Of a stretch of 64,000 nt of DNA, positions 38,689-54,855 are shown one piece after another. The notes under the pieces are model-generated. The model had not been told where the DNA came from, made no database searches, and worked only from the letters and a program-made list of their open reading frames with translations. The translations under genes and the position numbers were made by a program. The stretch covers positions 25,174,001 through 25,238,000 of the forward strand of contig NC_087252.1 in assembly GCF_037042905.1 (NCBI RefSeq). The letters run 5' to 3'. Each line of letters starts with the position of its first letter. Within the stretch, counting starts at the first letter, position 1. This DNA is from Lytechinus pictus (lineage: Eukaryota).

Positions 38689-39384
38689 TCACGCCGGCTC
38701 AAACCTCTGCAATCTGTAACTTCACCCAATTTCATGCAGCTTGCATTACAGGCGCACGCCACGACGCGACGCCCAGTTGTGGCGCCACAGCTAGCTTTTT
38801 GACAAACTCCACTGACATAACTGTCTCTTCTCTGATCCGCATCAGACTTTAAACAGCGGATGGCCTTGAAAAAGGGCGAGGTAATAGCGAGAAAATGGAA
38901 AATGAAACTGATCAATAATGTTGGCGCAGTTTGGTTGAAGATGATTGCCAGTTGTGGTGGAGATTTCAAAATGAGTTCGTAAAGAATTCAATGAAATAAC
39001 CAACAAAGTGTCTACATGTACATGATGTATGGAATCTTGAAGATATTGTGTAATTGCTAAGAAATATATTACGGCAAATTGTCTGGTCTTCTTCCAAGCA
39101 ATGATAATACATTGCCGCACTTGGGCTTTTCGTGTTGGTGATCTTCGTGATTTCAAGATTTCACCAAAAAAAAAAAAATGTGTAACTATACCAGGTCTAG
39201 TTTTCGGATGATAAAGTTACAAACTACCGTGGTTTACAGAATTTCTTATGATATCAGTGCTTACTGCAACAACTTTCATTTATCACTCGGAAGGTACTTT
39301 TATAACACATCTCTACGAGAAAAAAATCTCGTAATTATCCAGGCCTGCGGGGAAACATAAGCCCTTACGTTTCCTGAATAATAT

Positions 39385-40072
39385 ATGGGTGTCGATCCCG
39401 GGGGGGGGGGGGGGGGGGTGGGGGATATACCCCTCCCCAATATTTCAGGTAGCGGGATGGCCTGTTTAATCATCCCCCAATAATTTGAGATCGAACATTA
39501 TGTTTTAAGTGATGAATCATATGACAAGTTATATTAATTTAAATAATTGTTATTATCATTATTTTTATTTTAATAATAATAATAATAATTATTATTATCA
39601 TCATTATAATTAGTATAATTATTATCATAGTCATAATATCAATAATAGTTATGATGATTTTTATGATAATTATCATAATGATGTTATCGATGGTTATCTT
39701 ATTTACGCATGATGACCATTGATATTGTTTTGCTCATTATTTTCTTACGTTTGTTGCTTTTGAATGAAACAATTTCTTTCGGAAACTTACAAACTGATGA
39801 ATGGATAAAGAAAAAAATCCAGGATGAAATATCATAACATGCTCATAAACATGTTCATGATTATGCTTTTATACTTGACATTTTCTTTTTTTTAATATAC
39901 TCCTTCCTGTAACCAAGCGCATGTGGTGTGACTCCTTTATTTGTTATCACTTCAAATGTTAGACCTGTAAGGCCACTGACCCCCCTCCCTTCAAACAAAA
40001 TGAACAAAATCCCTCACAGAGAACAATATTTGTGCCAGCCATCCCCCAACCATGAACACAAATCGACACCAA
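39385..40072. mobile_element. Non-autonomous TIR element (ggtgtcgat...atcgacacc)
   Basis: Short imperfect TIRs and repeated catccccc subterminal motifs. Confidence 0.5.
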
Positions 40073-41029
40073 TAGCAACTAGCATGTGGGGACGCGGGGA
40101 ATTTTAGTCAATAACGAAGTATGCGGATGTTTGACCATAAAAAATAAACTGTTCAAAGGCAGCTAATGATAATTTGTATCGAACCTACGATTCGATCGAT
40201 CCGAAAAAAATCATAGGTTCAGTAAAACAACAATAGGATTTACCAATGCATGACCGAAATTAATTTATTAGGGGGAAATGAGACGTTCATTGGTTTAAAT
40301 ACGATGCACTATTCCTGAAAAAAAAACATGCGACAGAGAGAAGCGAGCAAGTGAGCAATCACATTTATTCTGTAATATCCTATGATAGATTTCACACGTC
40401 GTCGAATCGATCATATTAAACTGAAAGACGACATGAACACACTTGTGGAAACGTGATCAACATGTATTTGCCCAAGAAAGATGCATGGTGTTCCGTAAAA
40501 CCTACTACACCATATCAAACACGTTCTACGAGACAAAAACATAATCATTGGACCCTGTCTTTAGCGTGGCTGTTATTTCACCTACAGCTCTCCCGCATTT
40601 CAAGAAATATTATTACATCACCCGGGTCTCGTGCGGCAAATCTAGAATGGTGTCTTGCCATATGGTATTGGTTCTGCGGTAGGATGTGAATCCGGATCAT
40701 GTGATTTACCATGTTTACAGACTGACGCATAGGCAATGGATCCATTTTCGATGTATATCTCTTGTCACAAGGGAAAAATAATTAAAGGCATTTATTGACC
40801 AAGATAGAATGAAAATTTCATACAATTAATTTTTTTTCAATTGTTATTGACTTAAAATTATTCATTTATGTTTTGAGATACTGTATACAAAATACACAAA
40901 TGCCGTTTTCACATAAATCTCATATAAACACGTGCTTAAACGATACGACTATTTCCCATCAAATTCAATGAGGAGAGATCTTTTGATGGAAGGGGTCAAG
41001 ACGGTGGAATCGGTGGTAGTGGCGGTAAT

Positions 41030-41533
41030 GATAAAGATGATGATATTGGTGGTGGTGGTGGTGGTGACGATTATGATGATGATGTTGATGATGATTATGA
41101 TGGTGATGATGATTATGGCCATGATGATGATGGTGATGATGATGACGATGATGGCCATGATGATAATGGTGATGATGATAATGATGATGATGCATGATGA
41201 TGATGATTGTGATGATGATGGCCATGAAAATGCTGCTGCTGCTGCTGCTGATGATGATGACGATGATGATGGTGATAGTGGTGGTGATGATGATGGTGAT
41301 GATGATGTTGATGACGATGATAGCCATGATGATGGCCATGATGATGGTGGTGGTGATGATGATGGTGATGATGATGATGATGATGACGATGATAGCCATG
41401 ATGATGGCCATGATGATGGTGGTGGTGATGATGATGGTGATGATGATGATGATGGTGATGATGGTGATGATGATGATAGTGATGATGGTGGTGGTGATGA
41501 TGATGGTGGTGGAGATGGTGAATGGTGGTGATG
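41030..41533. repeat. (GAT/GGT)n compound microsatellite
   Basis: Visible; explains the poly-M/D/I ORFs. Confidence 0.95.
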
Positions 41534-42589
41534 AATATTTCATAAATGTAACAGTAATGGAAATAATACCAAACAAGAATAATAGTTATAATAATGATGA
41601 TACCAATACTTAATCCTTTTATTCATTCTCGTGCTTTTTGCACTTAAAAACCCTTGATAAACTATTGGTATGCTTTATACAGATCAACATGTTTCAAATA
41701 ATAATTACATGTATGTATTAAGTGACTTACAATCATGGCTGTTCCAGATGTAACTGCTTTTCGGCGATACTCCAATTCAAAATACACGTTATATACTCCG
41801 CTATCAAGAATTTATCTTTATACCGATAAATAAAAATGGTATACACCGATGTCATGCATATTCAAACAGGCATCGTGGAATGCCTAATGTTGCTCCAAAA
41901 TTAGAATCGACGCACACCTAGTTATACTGCTACCAGCTATAGCTGCATCGTATCCGTCTGATGAATCCAACCACACAATGATGTATACCTGGATGAAACT
42001 AACTACTGGCAATTCCTCGCTTGAGAAAAATAGTTCACAACATGGGGAAATTTCCCCGTAAATACAAGACGAATTGCTTTATGAATGGTTGAATTAATAA
42101 ATCACATCAGAAAATCAGATACGGATATCCATTCTTAAAAGCTGGTAACAGTCGAACGCAAAGGTTCAGTTTATTTTACGATGTTGCTTCATGCCGCAAT
42201 GACACCAAAACGAATGTATATACACATTCACAAGCTTCAACCTGACCCCAATTAATAAAAGAGGTGGCAGCAAAATGCGGTTTATATTTTCACCATGTCC
42301 ATTGTTATGACTAGCTAGGCAACTACATCCCCAGGCGGTTCCAGTGTCCCCGTAATAAATTCATGACGAATATTTAATTTACGTCAATTCAAAAGGTATA
42401 AGCTGCTGCAGACCCTTAAACACATTTATTCACATTATTTGCCGAACAATGCTCTACTTCCTTTTCATATGCAAATAATAATAATATATATGATGATATT
42501 GAGCGTAAAAGCAAGTGGTTTTTATTAATTCCTTTTCTTAGTACTTCCCTTTCATGATCTGCATTATTATTTGATTTAAAGAAGTGATA

Positions 42590-42850
42590 ATAATAATAGA
42601 CTGATTTATATAGCGCAGAAACCATGTGAATAATTTTTTTTTCTGAGCTGCAAAAGCTCCTGAAATGCTTGAAAGCTAAATTTAAAGAAAAGGAGGGGAA
42701 ATTATACGGAAACTGATGGAAAAGACAGGTTTTTAGTCTAAGCTTGAACGTGCGTAAGATTGAAAATAAAGAGGCTTTAATAGGAGGAAAACAATTGCAT
42801 ATTAATGAGTCAGAAAGAAGAGGATCGAAGATATTTGTATTCCGGTTCAT
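42590..42850 (-). mobile_element. 3' end of an L2-like LINE
   Basis: ...TFKLRLKTCLF motif followed by gcgctatataaa and a (TAT)n tail. Confidence 0.6.
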
Positions 42851-42976
42851 CGTGGCTTAGCCGTGAACCAAAATAGCCTGGTGGTTGAGTCGCTGCCCGG
42901 CAAGCAGTAGATGGCAGGTTCGAATCCCACTGGTTCCACTGACTTATGATCTTCATTACAGATCGAGCATGCGATC

Positions 42977-43576
42977 TTAAAGGACAAGTCCACCCCCAAC
43001 AAAATGTTGATTTGAATAAAAAGAGAAAAATCCAACAAGCATAACACTGAAATTTCATCGAAATCGGATGTAAAATAAGAAAGTTGTGACATTTTAAAGT
43101 TTTGCTTAATTTCACAAAACGGTTATTTGCACATCCTGTTGGGTATGCAAATGAGGAGACTGATGATGTCATCCACTCACTATTTCTTTTGTATTTTATT
43201 ATATAAAATAGGGAATATCCTATTTTTCTCCTCATTGTCAAGTGAAACAACGATTAATTCCTCCCTGAACATGTGGAATGAGCATTGTTTAATATATGAT
43301 TCAGTCAAGTTGGTCCTTATTGTCAAATCTATAAGAAATGAAATATTGTTTATACTTCAAACAATAAAAAACAAAAGACATAGTGAGTGAGGGACATCAT
43401 CGCCTGTCTCATTTGAGTTGTGCATATCACAGTTTTGTGAAAATTAAGCAAAACTTTACAATGTCATAACTTTCTTATTTTACATCCGATTTTTATGAAA
43501 TTTTCAGCATTTTGCTAGTTTGATTTTTGTCTATTTATTCAAATCAACATTTTTGTGGGGTGGACTTGAACTTTAA
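42977..43576. mobile_element. Kolobok-like MITE family B
   Basis: ttaaaggacaagtccacccc ... ggggtggacttgaactttaa; homologous to 13970-14539. Confidence 0.8.
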
Positions 43577-44367
43577 ATACATAGGAGTAATGCCGACAAA
43601 TTGGTTTACAAACTGTATGTAAGGTTATTTATACATTATGTTGCATTGCTTCCAGGTTATTCGAAACTCTTGTCGTTCTATCAGTAACAACATCAACAAA
43701 AGAATCAGTAATAAACACATTAAATAAAATGTATCATATTCAAATAGCCTATGTCATCGATAATGGCACGAAAAGATGGATCCATTATTATCCTATATTG
43801 ACGATTAAAAACGCATGGCTAACTTTTTTGAAAGTTTATACGGGGTATAAGATTTGATGGGGCCAAATTTTCTTTGTTGTGGTTAATGAACTGCTAGCTA
43901 CTATTACATGTATTACGAGATGTGATGATTTTTCCTCTGATCTGTAAATAAAACTTTAATGATGAAGCCGCAGTCCCGAATTTAAGGGAAACAAAAAAAA
44001 AATCATAACAATACCTGGAATAGTTCATTATATATGCGGAAGGAATAAATAAATGATCAATATTCTTAACAAATGTGAACATGACATATGATTTAAATAA
44101 TAAAGAAACGACTATAATGAAATGACATGAATACGGTTTGATCTCCTTGTCATGTATGTCAAATCAATATCCATTTAAATGTTAGCGTTTTTCATCAAAT
44201 TGACTAAAATTATAACTATTAACACTTAATAGCATTTTTATTTGCACCATAGCACTGGGTAAGACTATATTGTATCATTCGCTTATTTATCATATTTAAC
44301 AAGCAGAAAATACTCCCCACCGGAATGGCAGCTTGTAGCTAAAGTGGCTACACTGGTTAAACATAAG

Positions 44368-44690
44368 TTATTATGATTATTATCATCATTATCGCCATTA
44401 TCACTATCATCATTATTATTATCATCATCATTATTATAATTATTATTATGATTATTATTATCATCATCGTTATTATCATTTTCATTATCATCAGCATCAT
44501 AATCATCATTATCGCCATTATCACTATCGTTATTATTATCATCATCATTATTATGATTATTATTATGATTATTATTATCATCATCGTTATCATCATTTTC
44601 ATTATCATCAGCATCATAATCATCATTATCGCCATTATCACTATCATTATTATTATCTTCATCATTATTATCAGCATCATCATCATTACT
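44368..44690. repeat. (ATC/ATT)n microsatellite with ~120-bp higher-order duplication
   Basis: atcgccattatcactatc recurs at ~120-bp spacing. Confidence 0.9.
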
Positions 44691-44887
44691 ACACTTTCTA
44701 TATTCAGTTATAAAGCACAGCTCCTCGGGTATCAATCTAAACATGGAGTGACAGTTAAGTATATGCAACAGAGTTCAGCCAAAAAACGAGTACATAGTCA
44801 AGGATATATTGCCTGAGGCAGAAGACATGAAAGGGGCCGATTGCTCTAAAATGTGAGAAGAATGGGTAAAAATAGTTTGATAATATG

Positions 44888-45700
44888 ATGAAGAGCTCAC
44901 TTTCAAAAGGGGTTAGGTCCATTTTCATCAAATCTGATTTTTATGTCTCAATGTATTGATTTTAGTAGCTAAGATGATACCAAAGAAAAGTTGAAATTCC
45001 TATTAAAAAGTGAACTAAAATGGCAAAGAAAAATCACTTTGTTTTCAAAAGGGGTTAGGTCCATTTCAGTTTTGTTGCAAAAGGGGTTACGTCCACACAG
45101 ATTTTTTTGGAAGAGAATATCTAAATAAAATATGAAGCCAGGTAGATTTCTTTTATACCCAATTTTATGTTCTCGTGGTAGGGTATCATGAAAATTCAGT
45201 TTCGCATAAGAATATTGCAATATGGGAGAATTAAAAAAAATATTTTCTTGGAGTGGACCTAACCCCTTTTGCAACCAAACTCTTCTGAAGAACTCATTTG
45301 TCAAAAGGGTTTAGGTCCATTTTTCATAAATTTTAGTGTTTTTTGTCTCTTAACCTCTAAATTTGTAGTCACTCTGAAGATACCAAAGAAAATTTGAAAT
45401 TCAAATGAAAACGTGAATGAAAGTGGCAAAGAAAAATCACTTTTTTAATCAAAAGAGATTAGATTCATTTCAGTTTGCTTGCAAAAGGGGTTTGGTCCAC
45501 AAGATAATTTTTTTTAAATATTAAAAAAATTGAAAACAGGTACATTTCTTTTATACCCAATTTTATGTTCACATGTTAGGGTAGTACATCATGACAATTT
45601 AGTTCCCATAAGAATATTGCAATAAGTGAGAATAAAAAACATGGGTTTCTCGGAATGGTCCAAAGTAGACCTAACCCCTTTGCAACTAAACTCTTCATAT
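44888..45700. repeat. Head-to-tail dimer of a ~400-bp TIR element (gaagag...aaaaggggttaggtcc / ggacctaacccc...ctcttc)
   Basis: 44888-45285 is repeated at 45287-45697. Confidence 0.75.
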
Positions 45701-46527
45701 ATTCATGGTTCTTAGAAGTTGCCTTTAAAATCATTAAACTCTGAGAAATGAATGTGTCAGGACCCTTTTCAGTATTTCCTCATCTCAAATATTGCGTGGG
45801 TCGATAGAATTTGGTTTTAACTAGACCCAATAATTTCCACTGAGATAGGGGACATAAATCAAATAAAATTATTCAATTAGCTTTCTTCTGTCAAAAAAGC
45901 AATATCAATGAAACACGAAAAAAGAATGTTGGATTTAGCCAATTTTGACAATAAAATGAGGACAATTTTTCCCCAACAAGGATGTCACTCCTTCGTAAGT
46001 TCAATGAGCAAGATAAGTTTGGAAAAGGGTGAACTAGTATCGTGAGGAATCACAAATTAATAACCAAACCTGAAAAGAAAAAAAGAAAAAAAAAAGGGTT
46101 ATTTGTACCTGACAGTCCTTTGTGGTCTAAATTGTGATTTTTCTCACAATGGAAGATCGCTTATGAGGAGGCAAAGTGCATATATCTAGGACGATATCGC
46201 AATTTGATAAATCGTGGCTTGTACAAATACAAACATGACCAAAGTGAGAATCCAAGGATGAGCTTTTTGTCCGAGAGTGCCCATGCCATGCCATTTCTGT
46301 ACTACACAGCAATAACCATTGTCCATTTATTATCATTTTCTATAAGCTTTGGAGAAGAATTAAAAAAAAAAATATATAACATATGTAGTTTTATTGTGCT
46401 TTTCGATCTGCATTTGCTATAGTAAGACTTTGGTTGCCGACTCAGTGTGGATACTAAGGGCCGTATTTTGAAGTCCGGTTTAAGTTAAACTCAGGCGTAA
46501 AGTTGTGGTTTAAGTATGGATAGCCAA

Positions 46528-48492
<1,965 letters not shown>

Positions 48493-49950
48493 ATAGCCAA
48501 TTGTTACATAAATCACTAACAGAAGAGATATCATATTTCAGCTCATATGGCTCTCAAATCATTTATCATTATCTTGAGAGTATAAATAGATTATTGTCTT
48601 CACCATCGATGGATCAGGAAAGAGCACAGTAAACATAAGAAACATACAACTTAATACAAAAATGTTGACACTTTTGGCTTCCCATAATTCTAGCACAGAG
48701 ATAGACCATGGTCTAAGTTAAACCTGACTTCAGAACACGGACCTAAATGTTTGATTCTATTTTTGTAGAAGAAATTTGAAAACATCAGTCACTTGTAATG
48801 TACATGTAGCATTTTACATTCCAGACAGTCGACAGAGTGGGATAATTGAATTCATTGTCAGACGAAAATTTTCACGTTTGGCTGATCATTAGATCATGTT
48901 TTTATGATATAAATTTGCGTGGGTAGGCTCCTCCCCCTAATAATGCTAATGGCACCGATTGGCTCGACCCTTTTAGATAATCACCTACACGTAGACAGTA
49001 AAATGTACGCGATATAATTACATGAACGTATTTTGCAATGAGTTGACATCACCTTACGGTATATGCAATGAGCATGGCCCTGTGGAGCGGGGTTGCTGAA
49101 GCACACCCCCCCCCCAAAAAAAAAAATCCTTGGGGTGCTGCGTGTATTATTCTCCACAGGCAGCATCCCCAGGTATTCTGGAAGATGTGTGATAATGGAA
49201 ACATGACTACAGAGTGACCATCTCCTTGTAGGGAAACCGTTTCTGCTCTTTTAACTATGATTTTTTGCTTGTCAAATTTCTCGGGACCAATTTGATGTCC
49301 ATTTTATAGCGAAAACCCCCTTTTTTCTTTTCAAATTGGCATCAGCACCCCCAGTCAAAAATCGTTCCCAGGTCCCCGGCAATGAAGTGCGTTTCACATA
49401 TGTAGCATATTTAGGACGTATAGTTCTGTGTAGAAATTACTCATTTTCCAATGGTGATTTACATTTCACATAACAGAAGAAATACATAATACAATTATAT
49501 CATTATCAGAAAATCTGTTGAGGTAAAATTATTGATTCCACCTCTATGTATGTACTGAGCTGTAGCCAGGAGGTGGAGCAAAGGTTTTTGACAATAGGGG
49601 GGGGGGGCAAGACGACCCAAGGGTGATGAAATTTTTCTCGATTTAATAATGAATTCTTCTTCTTCTTGTTAATATTATTTCATTATTGTTGTTATCATTA
49701 TCATAATTTTTCATGTTCATTATTATCATCACTTACATCATCATCATCATTATCATCATCATCATCATCATCATCATCACCATCATCATCATCATCCCCA
49801 TCACCATCATCACCATCATCATTGTTATCATAATTATTCCTAATACTGCACTTTTCCCATTAGACTAAAAGCGCTTACAAGTAGCATGATTAATCAAATC
49901 AAACTGTACAAAATCATTATGATATTTTAGAACTACGAATTATACATATA

Positions 49951-50962
49951 AACAAGTGGAATGCCTCTGGCCGTCTCACCTGCATCACGCGATTCAATAT
50001 AGCAGCAGTGCTGATTTTGAAAACTACTATAACTCGCACAAGATGTTCAGTGATACTTGGTTACTCTTATTTCCACGTTTTATGAACTAGACCAATACAC
50101 TTATAGAGATATGATGGCAATTCAACAAATACCCCCAACGTGGCCAAAGTTCTTTGACCTTACATGACCTTTGACCTTGATCATGTGACCTGAAACTCGC
50201 ACAGGATGTTCAGTGATACTTGATTACTATTATGTCCAAGTTTTATGAACTAGACCAACACACTTTCAAATTTATGGCTGTAATTCAACAAATACCCCAA
50301 TTTGGCCAAAGTTCATTGACCCTAAATGACCTTTGACCTTGATCATGTGACCTGAAACTTGCACAGGATGTTCAGTAATACTTGATTACTATTATGTCCA
50401 AGTTTCATGAATCAGATCCATAAACTTTCAAAGTTATGATGGTAATTCAACAGATACCCCCAATTCGGCCAAAGTTCATTGACCCTAAATGACCTTTGAC
50501 CTTGGTCATGTGACGTGAAACTCATGCAGGATGTTCAGTGATACTTGATTAACCTTATGTATAAGTTTCATGAACTAGGTCCATATATTTTCTAAGTTAT
50601 GATGACATTTCAAAAACTTAACCTTAGGTTAAGATTTTGATGTTGATTCCCCCAACATGGTCTAAGTTCATTGACCCTAAATGACCTTTGACCTTGGTCA
50701 TGTGACATGAAACTCAGGCAGGATGTTCAGTAATACTTGATTAACCTTATGGCCAAGTTTCATGAACTAGGTCCATATACTTTCTAAGTTATGCTGTCAT
50801 TTCAAAAACTTAACCTCAGGTTAAGATTTGGTGTTGACGCCGCCGTCGCCGCCGCCGCCGCCGCCGCCGCCGCCGTCGCCGCCGCCGCCGCCGCCGCCGC
50901 CGCCGTCGCCGTCGGAAAAGCGGCGCCTATAGTCTCACTCTGCTATGCAGGTGAGACAAAAA
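49951..50962 (+). mobile_element. Helentron-associated (HINE/DINE-type) element with tandem core repeats and a (GCC)n tract
   Basis: Sub-terminal inverted repeats gtctcacctgcat / atgcaggtgagac, a 3' hairpin, ~160-190-bp tandem units and an internal microsatellite; truncated relative at 2347-2760. Confidence 0.7.
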
Positions 50963-51509
50963 GCATGATAGATACAACGTCGATCAATTGATCTACTCAG
51001 AGGGAAAAAATATGATGGAGCACACGCATCAGTGGGCCTTTAAATGGAAATAAAGAACATTTGCCAGATGGAAAAAAGTCGGTGCAACACAATCACGGTA
51101 TCCATATGTGGTCACAATGTGTTTCACAGTGTGTTCACGGTATGGAACACAGTGTGGCATATCATATTCACGCTCTTTAGCAGCGTTACACTTTCACATA
51201 GTCGACTGTGAACACACACTGAAAACACTCACACTATCTATGTATCCATAGTGTGAAATTGTATTCACACTGTTGAAATTGAGCATTTTAACATTGTGAA
51301 TCATATCTCCACACAGACCAATATGCGAACACACTGCGAATAGCGCACTGTGCAGTTGTATACAGTGTGACGTTATCATCACGCTGTTAAATCTGAGCAT
51401 TTAACATCGTATATCCACACAGACACAGTTCACTTTGTGAACACACTGTGATCACACTGTGTGAAACTGGGTTCTTTCTAGCAGGAATAAAGCAGGGATA
51501 AAGAATGTA

Positions 51510-51787
51510 GAGGTGTTGTGGCGCACTGGATAATCCTCTGGACGTTGAACACAAGGACCGGGGTTCGAATCCCACCATGGCACTCGCGTCCTTTGGCATG
51601 GCGTTTATCTAAATTTGCCACTCTCCACCCAGGTGCAGTTAATGGGTACCCCTTAGCCAGGAATTCCTTGAATGCTCGAGTGCCCGCTCAGGGTAGCCGT
51701 GCTAAAGCCGGTTAGCCGGGGTAAGAGTATGCAGCGCTTAGAAACATTTTATTAAGCGCTTTATAAATGTTGCATATTATTATTATT
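51510..51787 (+). mobile_element. tRNA-derived SINE
   Basis: GGTTCGAATCCC B box, ccactctccacccaggtg body, (ATT)n tail. Confidence 0.8.
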
Positions 51788-52728
51788 TTTATCTATAAGC
51801 AATATATAAGCAATTGGCATATCATTTTGTTCATTTTGTATTATGTCATCTATCAAGTAAATTGCTCAGAGCCAAAACTTAAAAAAACTCCACCCCACAA
51901 AAAAAAATATTTTAGCTCCAATAATCCCTAGTAAATAGAGAATCAGAATTCTATAATGTTTTCTAGGCCCACATGAATGGGACGCGGTCGCGACCGTCGC
52001 GATCGCACCACGTGATTCCCACGTGTACACAGTGCTATAATCATGATAATAGAAATTCAGAAATTGGGAGTACTTGCTCTCATTTTCTGCATTCTTCCCA
52101 GCAGGCCCTTTTCAGCAAACCTATGTCACGTATGTCGCCTTGATAAACCTTATTTTGCAACAGCTTAACAATAGCCTAAAATTATTCATGTGCATTCAGG
52201 GGAAAAATATTCCTTTTAATGTTCTGGTAACTGCAAATATCACATGGAGGTGCTTAGAGGTAGAATTGCCACAGATGACTTGTTTACCCCATCGAATAGA
52301 AAATAATTGTTAAATAACTCCTGACGTCAGGGTTCGAATAGGGTTTCGCAGAACTTCAAATAACCAGTTCTTTATTAATAAAACTTAATATCTTAATACT
52401 GACATGTTATGTCATATTGTGGAAATATGTGAAAGGTTTTTCAGATTCTTAACTACAAGTGAATTAAAAAATGTTAAAATCAGACTATACTTGACGTTCT
52501 TAGTAACGATTATACATAAGCATACTCCAAATGATAATATAAAGATAAAGTAGATGGTTGAATAATTAGAGTAAAGCCGGTTGGATTGTTTTCATTGATA
52601 TGTTATTAAAACAAAGCGAGAACATTCTCTCCAGATTAGGATGTAAGGATTGATTTGAATTTGGAGTTCGGTGAATTAATCAACATGATTTACGAGAATA
52701 TGGCATAAATGAAGTGAATATATATATA

Positions 52729-53550
52729 CAGTGCGTCCCACAAAAAACGAAACCGAGATTTATCGATGATTTATCATAACTTAATCACAAATACAATAGA
52801 CAAATGACCTACCATTGTAAAGCTTAGAATCTCCTCTTTCATCTGAAACTATTTAGATTATTTCTCATTCAGGCATGAGTGAGCAAAAACAATTTGAAGA
52901 GGGGATACCAAAAAGTCATTTGGCGGGCTGTATCTGGGTTTCAAAAAGAAAACCACATTTTTAAAAAGTTCAATATCTGCTCTTTAATTTGATACCTCAA
53001 TTACAGAAAATGGTCCAGAAAAAAAAAGTTCTGATTATTTGAAATAAGGCCTGAATTTCAATAATTTCATAAAATGAAGAGGTTCTACAGGCTAGCGTTC
53101 AAACTCACTTGACACTCCGTTTTGTTGACTATCAGCCATGCATTAAGTCTTTTGTTAACCATGCGATAGCTTCTGTGGGAAACCGGTGAAAACACGTTTA
53201 TTTAATGAAATTATGGAAATACAAGCATTGTTTCGAGGGAACATAACTTTTTTACTTCTTGACCATTTTTGGTGATTAAAGTATCAAATAAAAGAGCAGA
53301 TATTGAACTTTTTAGGCATGTGATTTTCTTTTTGAAATTCAGATACCCCCCGCCAAATGAGTTTTTGGTATCCTTTCTTCAAATTGTTTTTGCTCGCTCA
53401 TGCGTGAATGAGGAATAATATAAGTAATACCAGATGAAAGAGGAGATTCTAAGCTTTACATTGGTAGGTCATTTGTCTATTGTATTTGTGATTAAGTTAT
53501 GATAAATCATCGCTTAATCTCGGTTTCGTTTTTTCTGGGACGCACTACAG
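52729..53550. mobile_element. Tc1-like palindromic MITE (CAGTGCGTCCCA...)
   Basis: Long inverted arms of roughly 350 bp, inserted in a TA run. Confidence 0.8.
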
Positions 53551-54140
53551 TATATAAGAGATAAAATAGGCAGTACGTGGGATATGTTTAGAGGTTGGCA
53601 AACGTGATATGTAAACCGCAAGAAAAACACATATTTAAAAAAAAAGTTATTGTGATCATATTCTGTTTGAACCTGTATCTGAATCCATGACAAACCACCA
53701 ATGCCATTATTGAGACATACAAACAAAAGCTTAAACGGATGATTGAGTAAATCTGAGGAATTCCAAGGTCAGTAATGCTAGGCGCCTCCCAGGCACACCC
53801 GTACGCCCACTTCCGAAGGCTATAGTGGGACATCCCTTTAAGCATTTGAAACAATAGGTGATTTAATTACTAAGTAATTAAGATTTAAATAACCACTTGT
53901 ACCACCTGGGGGGGGGGGGGGGGTCATGCTCCCTAACGTTCACAAGGGGTGCAAATTGTTATATATTTTAAGTTATTATTTGCCACCTGAAAGGCTCACT
54001 TTAGTAGATTCCATATTTTCGATTAAAAGGTTCAAACTTATAGCTTATTTGAAAAAGTTCATATTTGCACTCTTTTAGGTGCATAAATATGGTTAGCTTC
54101 GTCATTAAAGATGCATAAATATGTGCACGATAACACGCAT

Positions 54141-54855
54141 TATATCCTTCATAAATCAAATCCTGTATGCTGATTGGTTTAAATATCATCATGTGATCAA
54201 ACATATTCTCACTATTTTGCGATGATGTCGAAAATGAAACGCCCACCGAAGAAAATGTGCTATTCCGTGACGTCAATGATGGAACAGTCGACTATAGGAA
54301 AATAATATAGTGATTATGCCAGTACAACCGAGGATGAATAATTCCCTCTATACTTTCGAAATAAAGGTATGGTATAATTGTTTTATATCCTACTTTAATA
54401 AGTTATAGAAATAGATCTTGATAATCTAGTTCTTGTACTCTTAGTTCATCCTTTTTTAAATCTGAATCAAACCAGCTGCGCTGACTGACCTACTTTTCCT
54501 GAAGCGCTTAGCTACGCGCTCAGTTCGCGGAACGCGTATTAGTGCTTGCGCCATCATGATATGTGACGTCCAATGATGGAATAGTCGACTATTCCATCAT
54601 TGACGTCACGGAATAGCACATTTTCTTCGGTGGGCGTTTTATTTTCGACATCATCGCAAAATAGTGAGAATATGTTTGATCACATGATGCTATTTAAACC
54701 AATCAGCATACAGGATTTGATTTATGTAGGATATAAAGGGAATTATTCATCCTCGGTTGTACTGGCATAATCACTATTATTTTCCCTCGGGGCTTCGCCC
54801 CTCGGGGAAAAAATAGTAATGCCAGTGTAACCTCGGATGAATAATCCCCGCTATA
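54141..54855. mobile_element. Rearranged hairpin-bearing (Crypton-like) element, second family
   Basis: 54141-54295 is inverted at 54583-54735; terminal hairpin centred on ctcggggcttcgcccctcggg. Confidence 0.6.

Noticed and set aside
38589..39156. Overlapping ORFs of 71-126 aa in a GC-richer patch
   Set aside because: Partly within a MITE; no recognisable domain or consistent splice sites
40932..41613. Long ORFs rich in M/D/I/H (also 44283-44816, 35198-35488, 48094-48481 and 26302-26682)
   Set aside because: Translations of GAT/ATC/CTA/TTTC microsatellites; no splice or domain support
46109..46126. Possible 18-bp in-frame microexon (TTKDCQ) in the first intron
   Set aside because: Purine-rich weak acceptor and no supporting homology; cannot be distinguished from chance
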